DNA of 64,000 bases from Spirochaetia bacterium (GTDB taxonomy: Bacteria; Spirochaetota; Spirochaetia; SZUA-6; Bin103): contig CBDBDQ010000005.1 of assembly GCA_965203905.1 (NCBI GenBank), positions 3,424,001 through 3,488,000 on the forward strand, given 5' to 3'. Shown piece after piece: positions 31,281 to 39,613 of this stretch. Positions within the stretch are counted from its first letter, which is position 1. The number at the start of each line of letters is the position of its first letter. The position numbers were made by a program, and so were the translations under genes. The notes below the pieces were generated by a model. The model did not search any database and was not told the origin of the DNA. It saw only the letters and a list, made by a program, of their open reading frames with translations.

Positions 31281-32324
31281 TCATGCCTGAATGCCGAATG
31301 CCTCGGCGATGAAGGGCCAGACGCGTTCCTTGTAGTAGCGGTGGCCGCCGTCACCGATGTACAACTCGCATCGGTCCGGGACCTCGGCGGCCCGGTAGAC
31401 CGTGGCGAGTTGCTCGAAGGCAGCCCGAGCGTGGGCGACCGGGAAGATCGGGTCGTCGCGGCCGGCGACGGCGAGGAAGTGGCGTGGGGCGATCAGGCCG
31501 GCGACGTCGTGCATCTCGCCGAGGCGCAGGATGCCGGGCACGTAGTTGCAGTCGCAGTGGATGATCGAGCCGATGCTGCCGGCAAAGGTGTTGAAGTAGC
31601 AGCCGGGCACCGCCACCGAGATGCGGGTGTCGCAGGCCGCCGCGAACAGCGACACGGTGCCGCCGCCGGAGTTGCCGGTAATGGCGATCCGGGCCGGGTC
31701 CGCGCCCTGGTGCTCGATGGCCCAGTCGATGAGGCGTGACATGTCCCACACCCGGTCGCCGATCGGCGTGCGCCCGAGCAGCAGGTCGTGCATCAGTTGC
31801 AGCCGGCAGGAGGACACGGCGTTCTTGTCCTTGTCCGCCGGGGAGCGGGTCTCGCCGAAGGCGCGCGTGGTCGGTGCGATCACCAGGTAGCCCTGCTCCA
31901 CCGCCTGCACCGCGATGTCGCGCTCGCCCTCCCGGATCTGCGCCTCCTCCTCGGGACTGTCGAACAGGCCGACGTAGACGTGCGGATGGCCGTGACCGTG
32001 TGGGGTGAGCACCAGCGGCAGGTTGGGAGGCGCTGACTTGGGCCGCAGCAGGTAGCACGGCAGCGGCACGGTCGGCTCGGTGCGGATGCGCCACGACTCG
32101 CGGACGTAGGAGCCCAGGTCGATGCTGTCCAGCAGTTCCGCGTCGGGCACGAAGCCGGCAAGATCGCGCTCCATCGTCGCCAGACCGAGGGTTTCCCGCA
32201 GGCGGGCGCGGAACGGCGGCTGCCATGTCGGCACGCCGCCGGCGGTGGCGCGGTGGAAGGCAAACTCCGCCGGGCAGGACTCCTGCAAGCTTGCGAAGTG
32301 GCCGCGAAAGTCAAAGTCCTTCAT
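31281..32324 (-). CDS. Alpha/beta hydrolase (dienelactone hydrolase / acetyl esterase-like)
   Basis: PHGHG, nucleophile elbow GNSGGG, GRDDPIF and GGHRY. Confidence 0.9.
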   Translation of the reverse strand: MKDFDFRGHFASLQESCPAEFAFHRATAGGVPTWQPPFRARLRETLGLATMERDLAGFVPDAELLDSIDLGSYVRESWRIRTEPTVPLPCYLLRPKSAPPNLPLVLTPHGHGHPHVYVGLFDSPEEEAQIREGERDIAVQAVEQGYLVIAPTTRAFGETRSPADKDKNAVSSCRLQLMHDLLLGRTPIGDRVWDMSRLIDWAIEHQGADPARIAITGNSGGGTVSLFAAACDTRISVAVPGCYFNTFAGSIGSIIHCDCNYVPGILRLGEMHDVAGLIAPRHFLAVAGRDDPIFPVAHARAAFEQLATVYRAAEVPDRCELYIGDGGHRYYKERVWPFIAEAFGIQA

Positions 32325-32362
32325 GCCGTGTCTACTGGTCTATGGGGCCGGCGCCGCAATGG

Positions 32363-32430
32363 TTATGATGCGTCCAGTTGGTTCCCGACCGGCGTCGACT
32401 TGTACACCAGCACGGCCGTTTGATCTCCGC
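32363..32430 (-). pseudogene. 3' remnant of the small antitoxin-like gene intact at 24181-24411
   Basis: VYKSTPVGNQLDAS* versus VYKLTPVEIHRDAS*. Confidence 0.6.
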
Positions 32431-32490
32431 TTCTCACGCCATAAGCAGCACCCGGATCGAGCCGGGGCAGACGACCTTGGCACGCACACG

Positions 32491-32916
32491 CTACGGAATG
32501 AGGGTTGCCATGATCCGCTGCAGGATCGGGATCAGCACGGCCGCAGCTCCCATCACCACCAGAATCCACCTTGTCTGAATGGTGATCTCCTTGCGGACGT
32601 CGGCGATCTCCTTGCCGAGATCCTTGCGGACATCGGCGATCTCCTTGCCGAGATCCTTGCGGACGTCGGCGATCTCCTTGCCGAGTTCCGTGCGGACGTC
32701 GGCGATCTCCTTGCCGAGTTCCGTGCGGGTCCGGTGATCGGAATCGGCCACGTGGCGGAGGAACCGCTCCTCCAGAAGCTGGAACAGATGCTCCTTCTGT
32801 ACTTCCCGTCGTTCTTCCTGCTCCTCCTCCAACTGACGCAGCATTTCCACCAGCGACGCAGTCGCGTCGTCGCCCAAGCGGACCTGCAACGGGCGTGGTA
32901 CCGACACTACAGCCAT
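32491..32916 (-). CDS. Coiled-coil protein with C-terminal membrane anchor (DUF1640/LA_3696-like)
   Basis: MAVVSVPRPLQVRLGDD..EERF, 11-aa repeats, then QTRWILVVMG and a hydrophobic tail. Confidence 0.8.
   Translation of the reverse strand: MAVVSVPRPLQVRLGDDATASLVEMLRQLEEEQEERREVQKEHLFQLLEERFLRHVADSDHRTRTELGKEIADVRTELGKEIADVRKDLGKEIADVRKDLGKEIADVRKEITIQTRWILVVMGAAAVLIPILQRIMATLIP
32588..32727. repeat. 33-bp tandem repeat, about 4 units
   Basis: Encodes (T/K)(E/D)LGKEIADVR four times. Confidence 0.9.
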
Positions 32917-33136
32917 GAGGTGAAAGATACCTTACAACGAGCGCCGCGTACGGGTCGACAGGTCATGCCCGCGCAGCCCGCGCATCGACCGGCGGTGGCA
33001 TCGCGCCGCAGGGAATCCGGCGAACCCTACGTGCAGGCATGGCGCGAGATGCGAGTTTACAGCAGCGCAGGGATCGGCGGCGGCGCCCGCCCGGGGACCA
33101 GCCGCACGCTGCTTGAGGCATCGCGCCGATGCAGGT

Positions 33137-33800
33137 TCACTGCGCGTAGGGGTCGGCGGCGTCGCGGAGGCCGTCACCGACGAAGTTGAACGCCAGCACG
33201 GTTACCACGATCGCCACCCGGGCAGGAACAGCTACGGCGCCAGCGCCACGGCGCGGATGTTCTGCACCCCGGTCAGCAGCACGCCCCAGCTAATCACCGG
33301 CTCGCGCAGCCCCAGGCCCAGGAAGCTGAGACTGGTCTCGGCCAGGATCATCTCCGGCACGCGCAGCGTGAGCACGGCGATCAGGTGGCTGCTGAACGAC
33401 GGCACCATGTGCCGGATGATGATGCGCATCTCGCTGGCGCCCAGGTACTTGGCGGCCTGCGTGAAGTCCTCCTCGCGCAGCGCCAGGACCTTGCCACGCA
33501 CGGTGCGCGCCAGCCCGGTCCAGCCCAGCACCGACAGGATGATGGTGATGCCGAAGTACACTTCCACCGTGCCCCAGTCGCGCGGCAGGGCGGCCGACAG
33601 GGTGAGCCACAGCGGGATGCGCGGGATCGCCTGCAGCAGCTCGATGGCACGCTGGATCACCAGGTCGATGGTGCCGCCGAAGTAGCCGGAGATGCCGCCG
33701 AGCAGGATGCCGAGCACCAGGCTCACGATCACCCCCACGAACCCGATCGACAGTGACAGCCGCGCCCCGTACACGGTGCGCGAGAACAGGTCGCCCCCCT
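33137..33800 (-). pseudogene. 5'-truncated DppC-like ABC permease with nonsense and frameshift lesions
   Basis: DQGGDLFSRTVYGARLSLSIG..ETSLSFLGLG. TGG>TAG at 33232 and a 1-nt deletion relative to the 24806 copy. Confidence 0.85.
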
Positions 33801-33802
33801 GA

Positions 33803-33930
33803 TCATCGCCGCCGCCGCACCCGCATGCCTGGGACCTGGCCACACTTCTGCTCGACGCGGGCGCCGATCCGAACGACGCCCAGGGGCTGTACAACACCAT
33901 CTTCCGGCCGACAGCCGCTGGCTCAAGCTT
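33803..33930 (+). pseudogene. Internal fragment of an ankyrin-repeat protein
   Basis: PPHPHAWDLATLLLDAGADPNDAQGLYNTIF. Confidence 0.7.
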
Positions 33931-34042
33931 CGTGGGGCTGGCCTACGCTCGCCGGTGGTGAGCTGGGGCCGCTGCTTAAGGTGGCCCACTCCGTCGTCTG
34001 GATGCACCCCTCCCGCTGCCGGTGTCCTCGTCGCCCCCGAGC

Positions 34043-34074
34043 GGTCGTCTCTCGGTGGCTCATTCTACCCTCCG
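34043..34074 (-). pseudogene. Micro-remnant of the DUF4258/antitoxin junction
   Basis: ggtcgtctctcggtggctcat is a 21/21 match to 24391-24411, followed by accctccg as in the original. Confidence 0.7.
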
Positions 34075-34099
34075 ATCGTCAAGCGCCGCACAACAAGCC

Positions 34100-34175
34100 T
34101 GGACTGCAATCGCGTTCTGAGATACGTCATGTGCTCACGCACGCTGAGTACGACAAAGGCACCTGGAGGGATTAG
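34100..34175 (+). pseudogene. higB: C-terminal remnant of a HigB toxin
   Basis: IRHVLTHAEYDKGTWRD* immediately before higA. Confidence 0.7.
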
Positions 34176-34179
34176 CCGG

Positions 34180-34581
34180 ATGATAGCCGAGTTGGAACGA
34201 TTGTCCGTGGCGTGGACGCAGATGAGCGAAGTCTTGTCTGTGCGCCACACCGAAGCCGAATACCTTCGGATCAGCGGCCTCCTGGATCTTGTGGTCGACG
34301 AAGTAGGGGAGCATGACTCGCATCCGCTGGCCTCATTGATGGAGACGTTAGGCGCCCTGGTCGATGCCTACGAGCGGGAGCACGTCTTGGAGCTCCCTGG
34401 CAGTCCCGTTGCTGTCCTGCGATTCTTGATGGATGAACACGGGTTGACCCAATCCGATCTGCCGGAACTCGGCAGTCAGGGGGTAGTCTCGGAGATCCTC
34501 CGTGGGAGGCGGCAGATCAACGTCCGCCAGGTGCGAGCGCTCAGCGCGAGGTTCGGCGTCTCCCCGGCGGCGTTCATATAG
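34180..34581 (+). CDS. higA: HigA-type HTH antitoxin
   Basis: LVDAYEREH..LRFLMDEHGLTQSDLPELGSQGVVSEILRGRRQIN..FGVSPAAFI. Confidence 0.88.
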   Translation: MIAELERLSVAWTQMSEVLSVRHTEAEYLRISGLLDLVVDEVGEHDSHPLASLMETLGALVDAYEREHVLELPGSPVAVLRFLMDEHGLTQSDLPELGSQGVVSEILRGRRQINVRQVRALSARFGVSPAAFI

Positions 34582-35420
34582 AGCCGAATGCTTCGGCGAT
34601 GAAGGGCCAGACGCGTTCCTTGTAGTAGCGGTGGCCGCCATCGCCGGCGTACAGTTCGCAGCGGTGCGGAACGCCGGCTGCCCGGTAGATCTTCGCAAGT
34701 TGCTCGTAGGCAGCCCGAGTGTGGGCGACGGGGAAGATCGGGTCGTCGCGGCCGGCGACGGCCAGGAAGGGGCGCGGTGAGATGAGGCCGGCTACGTCGT
34801 GCATCTCGCCGAGGCGCAGGATGCCGGGCACGTAGTTGCAGTCGCAGTGGATGATCGAGCCGATGCTGCCGGCGAAGGTGTTGAAGTAGCAGCCGGGGAC
34901 CGCGACCGAGATACGGGTGTCGCAGGCCGCCGCGAACAGCGACACGGTGCCGCCGCCGGAGTTGCCGGTGATGGCGATCCGGGCCGGGTCCACGCCCTGG
35001 TGCTCGATGGACCAGTCGATGAGGCGCGACATGTCCCACACGCGGTCGCCGATCGGGGTGCGCCCGAGCAGCAGGTCGTGCATCAGTTGCAGCCGGCAGG
35101 AGGACACGGCGTTCTTGTCCTTGTCCGCCGGGGAGCGGGTCTCGCCGAAGGCGCGCGTGGTGGGCGCGATCACCAGGTAGCCCTGCTCCACCGCCTGTAC
35201 CGCGATGTCGCGCTCGCCCTCGCTGATCTGCGCCTCCTCCTCCGGGCTGTCGAACAGGACGACGTAGACGTGCGGATGGCCGTGTCCGTGCGGGGTCAGC
35301 ACCAGCGGCGGGTTGGTCGGCGCTCCCTTGGGCCGCAGCAGGTAGCACGGCAGCGGCACGGTCGGCTCGGTGCGGATGCGCCACGACTCGCGGAAATAGG
35401 AGCCCATGTCGACGCGGTCG
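34574..35420 (-). pseudogene. 5'-truncated second copy of the alpha/beta hydrolase
   Basis: Highly similar to 31281-32130; lacks about 65 N-terminal codons. Confidence 0.85.
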
Positions 35421-35600
35421 AGCATGTCCTGGGTCAGCAGCGCGCCCAGCATCAGCGGCCCGGTGGTGAGCAGGCTCAGCACCACCGACACGATGGCGGC
35501 GCCCGAGATCAGCTCCGGCAGCACCCCGCCGATGCTGCTCACGAACGGGCTGATGGCGATGCGCATCGGGTACTTGGCGATCAGCTTCATCTCGCGCGAC
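35421..35600 (-). pseudogene. Internal fragment of a DppB-like permease fused in frame to the hydrolase copy
   Basis: KYPMRIAISPFVS..LPELISGAAIVSVVLSLLTTGPLMLGALLTQDM. Confidence 0.8.
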
Positions 35601-35620
35601 CGCCACTCGCCAATTGACGG

Positions 35621-37465
35621 TCAGCGCGTTTGCCGGCGTTCCATGACCCGGCGGTGCTGCGCGCTGAGCGTGACCTTGCGCATACGCAGCGACTTTGGCG
35701 TGGCCTCGACCATCTCGTCGTCGCGAATGAATTGCAGCCCGGCCTCCAGTGCGAGCGGCGTTACCGGGGTAAGCGTAACCGCGTCATCCTTGCCGGCGGC
35801 GCGCATGTTGGTGAGCTTCTTGGTCCGGCACATGTTCACGTCCAGGTCGTGGTTACGATTGTGCTCGCCGACGATCATTCCCGCGTAGACCGGATCGCCC
35901 GGGCGAACGAACATCCGGCCGCGCGGCTCCAGGTTGAAGATTGCATACGGCACCGCCTGGCCCGACCGGTCGCACACCAGCGAGCCGGTGGGCCGCGGCG
36001 TGAAGTCGCCCTGGTACGGCTCGTATCCGGCCAGGTACGAGTTCATGATGCCGGTGCCGCGGGTGTCGGTCAGGAACTCGGGACGGTAGCCGATCAGCCC
36101 GCGGGTCGGAATGCGGAACTGGAGCTGCACGCGCCCGGTGGCGTGATTCGACATCCCCAGCAGGTGACCTTTCCTGCGCACCAGCTTCTCGGTAACGATG
36201 CCGGTGCAGGCGTCGCCGCAATCCACGGTGAGATGCTCGATCGGCTCCATGCGCTTGCCGTTCTCCATGCGCAAGATCACCTGCGGCCGGCCCACACACA
36301 GCTCGAACCCCTCGCGGCGCATCGTCTCGATCAGGATCGCGAGCTGGAATTCGCCGCGCCCCTTTACCAGCACGCTGTCGTCGTGCTCGGAGTCCTCCAT
36401 CTCGATTGACACGTTCTGCAGCGTCTCGCGGCGCAGGCGCTCGCGAATCCTGCTCATCTGCACGATGCGGCCCTCCGTGCCCGCCAGGGGAGACGTATTC
36501 TTGGCGAAGCGCATCGACACCGTCGGCTCGTCCACGGTGATGCGCGGCAACGGCAGCGGCGCTTCCGCGGTGCAGATGGTGTCGCCGATGTGGATCTCCT
36601 CGAGTCCCGACAGCACGGCAATGTCGCCCGCCGCCGCCGACTCGGCCCTGACCAGCGTCACCCCCTCGTAAACCTGGATGCGGGTAACGCGCAGCGATTG
36701 CATGGCGCTAGCGCCAATGCGGGTAAGTCGATCGCGCGACGCCACCTGCCCGGAGTAGATCTTGCCCACCGCCAGCCGTCCGAGGTGATCGGCGTACCCC
36801 AGGTCGGAGACCAGCATCCGGAACGGCTGCGTGCGGTCGGCGACCGGCGGCGGGATAGCGCGGACGATGGTGTCTAGCAGCGCGTCCAGGTTCTGCTCCG
36901 GCCCATCGACCGCGCTCCTGGCTATGCCGTCGCGGCCGACAGCGTACAGAATCGGCAGGTCGAGCTGGTCCTCGTGGGCGTCCAGGTCGATGAGCAGCGC
37001 CAGGACCTCGTCCACCACCTCGGCCGGGCGCGCGTCCGGCCGGTCGATCTTGTTGACGACCAGGATCAATTGCAGGCCGAGCTTGAGCGCCTTGCCGAGC
37101 ACGAAGCGGGTCTGCGGCAGTGGCCCCTCGGCCGCATCCACCAGCACGATGGCGCCGTCCACCATCGACAGCGCCCGTTCCACTTCGCCGCCGAAGTCGG
37201 CGTGGCCCGGCGTGTCGATAATGTTGATCTTGGTGTCGCGCCAGCGCACGGCGCAGTTCTTGGCGGTAATGGTGATGCCGCGCTCCCGTTCCAGGTCCAT
37301 GCGGTCCATCACCCGTTCGGCGACCACCTGCCCCTTGCGGAACATGCCGCAGCGGCGGAACAGGGCGTCTACGAGGGTGGTCTTGCCGTGGTCGACATGG
37401 GCGATGATGGCGGCGTTGCGAATGCGGTCGTTGCGAGGGTGGTCGCTGCGTTGGTGATGATCCAT
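35621..37465 (-). CDS. typA: Translational GTPase TypA/BipA
   Basis: IAHVDHGKTTLVD, ERERGITI, DTPGHADFGGEVER, GRGEFQL and KKLTNMRAAGKD. Confidence 0.97.
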   Translation of the reverse strand: MDHHQRSDHPRNDRIRNAAIIAHVDHGKTTLVDALFRRCGMFRKGQVVAERVMDRMDLERERGITITAKNCAVRWRDTKINIIDTPGHADFGGEVERALSMVDGAIVLVDAAEGPLPQTRFVLGKALKLGLQLILVVNKIDRPDARPAEVVDEVLALLIDLDAHEDQLDLPILYAVGRDGIARSAVDGPEQNLDALLDTIVRAIPPPVADRTQPFRMLVSDLGYADHLGRLAVGKIYSGQVASRDRLTRIGASAMQSLRVTRIQVYEGVTLVRAESAAAGDIAVLSGLEEIHIGDTICTAEAPLPLPRITVDEPTVSMRFAKNTSPLAGTEGRIVQMSRIRERLRRETLQNVSIEMEDSEHDDSVLVKGRGEFQLAILIETMRREGFELCVGRPQVILRMENGKRMEPIEHLTVDCGDACTGIVTEKLVRRKGHLLGMSNHATGRVQLQFRIPTRGLIGYRPEFLTDTRGTGIMNSYLAGYEPYQGDFTPRPTGSLVCDRSGQAVPYAIFNLEPRGRMFVRPGDPVYAGMIVGEHNRNHDLDVNMCRTKKLTNMRAAGKDDAVTLTPVTPLALEAGLQFIRDDEMVEATPKSLRMRKVTLSAQHRRVMERRQTR

Positions 37466-37543
37466 GCTGGCGGCGCGAAATGTGCTACCGCCGGCACCCT
37501 ACCGCCAAGCGCCGCACCAATCTCAGTCAGTCGTCGAAACGAT

Positions 37544-38755
37544 TCAATCGTCGAGAACGATCCAGTCGGACACCGGGTCCATGCGTCCGGTGGCGGAATT
37601 CCCCCGGTAGATGCGCCCCACCGGGATGGAGTTGTTGCGGAAGGTCACCGGCACGCCGATCAAGCCGCCGGTGTCCCAATCCTCGATCCCGTCGAGAGTG
37701 GCCTTCAGATTGTCGCCGCTCAGCTCCAGCCCCGCGTCCATGGTGCGCCCTATCACCTCGGTCAGGATCATGCCGGAGAACCACGCCTGCAGGGCGTACG
37801 TAGGCACGTATTCCTCCTGCGTGACCTGTGCAATCAACCGCAACGTCGCGGACTCCTCCTGCTCCCAGTAGTAGCGGTAGGGAAACACGCCCATGTAGCG
37901 GTCGGCGAGCGGCCCGAGCTGCCGGATGATCAGCGGCTCCATGGCCCAGAACGTGCCCATGAACATGGCATCGACGCCGGTCTGCGCCGCCTGCGCCATC
38001 ACCTCCGGCCAGACCGTTGCTACATAGCCTTGGAAGATCACGTAGTCGGGCTGCGCCCGGCGCAGCTTGAGCACCTCGGGGGCAACGTTGATGCCGGCCG
38101 GCTCGGTCTCGATCTCGACGACGATCTCGATGCCGAGTTCGGCGGCCCGCTCCCTGGCGTACGGGATCGGGTCGCGGCCGCCCTCCAGGTTGGTGTAGAA
38201 CAGCGCCACGCGCGGCGCCGCGCCATCGGTGCCGCCCTGCTCGGCGATGTACTGGAGCAGGATCCCGAACATCTCGGCGTAGGTGGGGCCGGCCAGGAAC
38301 TGGTAGGGAAACTTCCCCGGATCGGCGAGCGCGGTGGCCAGCGAGGCGCCGCCCATCAGCACCTTGTAGCGCTCGTTGACTTCCGGCGCGGACAGCAGCG
38401 CAAAGTCGGTGGAGTCGCCGTAGAACACCACCACGTCCTCTTCCTCGGCCATGATCCTCTTGAACACGGCCAGCGACTGCTCCGGCCGCGAGCCCGAGTC
38501 ATGGCTGGCCAGCCGCACGGGCCGGCCGTTGATACCGCCGGTGGCATTCAGGTAGCCGATGTAGGCTTGCATGCCGAGACTCGCGATCGCGCCCGCCTGG
38601 GCGTGGATACCGGTCAGCGGTATCGATGCGCCCCACACGATCTCGTGCTCGTCGGCCGCCAGCGGCAACGCCGCTCCGATCAACGCGACGGCCAACACCA
38701 CCGCTGCCAGGTTGCGGCCCATGCCGCGTCCGGGTCCTCTGCTTCCGTTCTTCAT
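37544..38755 (-). CDS. Branched-chain amino acid-type ABC substrate-binding protein
   Basis: Signal peptide, IPLTG, NATGGINGRPV and AGPTY. RBS AAGGAG. Confidence 0.88.
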   Translation of the reverse strand: MKNGSRGPGRGMGRNLAAVVLAVALIGAALPLAADEHEIVWGASIPLTGIHAQAGAIASLGMQAYIGYLNATGGINGRPVRLASHDSGSRPEQSLAVFKRIMAEEEDVVVFYGDSTDFALLSAPEVNERYKVLMGGASLATALADPGKFPYQFLAGPTYAEMFGILLQYIAEQGGTDGAAPRVALFYTNLEGGRDPIPYARERAAELGIEIVVEIETEPAGINVAPEVLKLRRAQPDYVIFQGYVATVWPEVMAQAAQTGVDAMFMGTFWAMEPLIIRQLGPLADRYMGVFPYRYYWEQEESATLRLIAQVTQEEYVPTYALQAWFSGMILTEVIGRTMDAGLELSGDNLKATLDGIEDWDTGGLIGVPVTFRNNSIPVGRIYRGNSATGRMDPVSDWIVLDD

Positions 38756-38808
38756 CCGATTGCTCCTTCGCCGGGTTGTCGGCCGATAATACCGTAGAGG
38801 AGGCAACG

Positions 38809-39438
38809 GTGGGTGTGACCCGGGTAGTGCTGACCGATCTGGATGGCGTGGTGCGCCGCTGGCCGGCCACCCAGTTCTCGTCGGTCGAATACGCGCATGG
38901 GCTGCCGCGAGGCTGCATGGCCCGCGCGGCATTCCACGAGTCGCTCCTGACCGACGCCATTTCCGGGATCGTGACCGACGCCGAGTGGCGCAGGCGAATA
39001 GCGGCCCGGCTCGGAACGCAGTTCGATCCCGCCGCCGCCGCTGCTGCCGTGGCGGCGTGGTCGGAAAGCGTCGGCGAGGTGGAGTCCGCCACTCTGGCCG
39101 TGCTGCAGGCCGCGCGGCCTGCCGTTGCCCTCGGCCTGGTTTCCAACGCCACCACGAGGCTTGCCGATGACCTCTCCCGCCTGGGCATTGCCGACGCATT
39201 CGACTTCATCGTCAACTCGTCGGCCATCGGCTGCGCCAAGCCCTCCGCGTGCTTCTACGAGCACGCCCTGCGCCGTAGCGGCTGTACCCGCGAACAGGTG
39301 TTCTTCGTCGACGACCGCCCCGAAAACGTCGCCGGCGCAGTCGCCTTCGGTTTCCACGGCCACCTCTACCGCGACGCCAAGACCCTGGAGCAGGCCCTCC
39401 GCCACGCCGGCGTCCGAGATCCTGCCTGCCGCAAGTGA
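38809..39438 (+). CDS. HAD-superfamily hydrolase (copy 1)
   Basis: DLDGV, SNAT, AKP and FVDDRPEN. RBS GAGGAGG. Confidence 0.88.
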   Translation: MGVTRVVLTDLDGVVRRWPATQFSSVEYAHGLPRGCMARAAFHESLLTDAISGIVTDAEWRRRIAARLGTQFDPAAAAAAVAAWSESVGEVESATLAVLQAARPAVALGLVSNATTRLADDLSRLGIADAFDFIVNSSAIGCAKPSACFYEHALRRSGCTREQVFFVDDRPENVAGAVAFGFHGHLYRDAKTLEQALRHAGVRDPACRK

Positions 39439-39449
39439 CAAGTCCAACC

Positions 39450-39600
39450 TGAGAGTGCGAGAGTGCGCAGGCTGGCTCGTCCAAAAGCGTATCGCAAGTC
39501 GTCCGAGCTGCTGCTCGCTTTCCGCGCTGGCTGAACACCGGAATTGGCCGGTACGGCCGCTTCCTGGGCTGCTCGAACTTCCCGGATTGCGACGAACGGC
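39450..39600 (+). pseudogene. Remnant of a topoisomerase-type C4 zinc ribbon
   Basis: GRYGRFLGCSNFPDCD readable at 39546-39593, with degenerate ECAGWLVQK upstream. Confidence 0.6.
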
Positions 39601-39613
39601 ACAGCACGGCTGC

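Noticed and set aside
32588-32727. Possible CRISPR array (33-bp period)
   Set aside because: Contiguous coding tandem repeat without spacers; no cas genes.
22164-35620. Integron cassette array (many small TA genes)
   Set aside because: No tyrosine recombinase and no recurring attC-like GTTRRRY inverted repeats were found. Genes lie on both strands, several with their own promoters.
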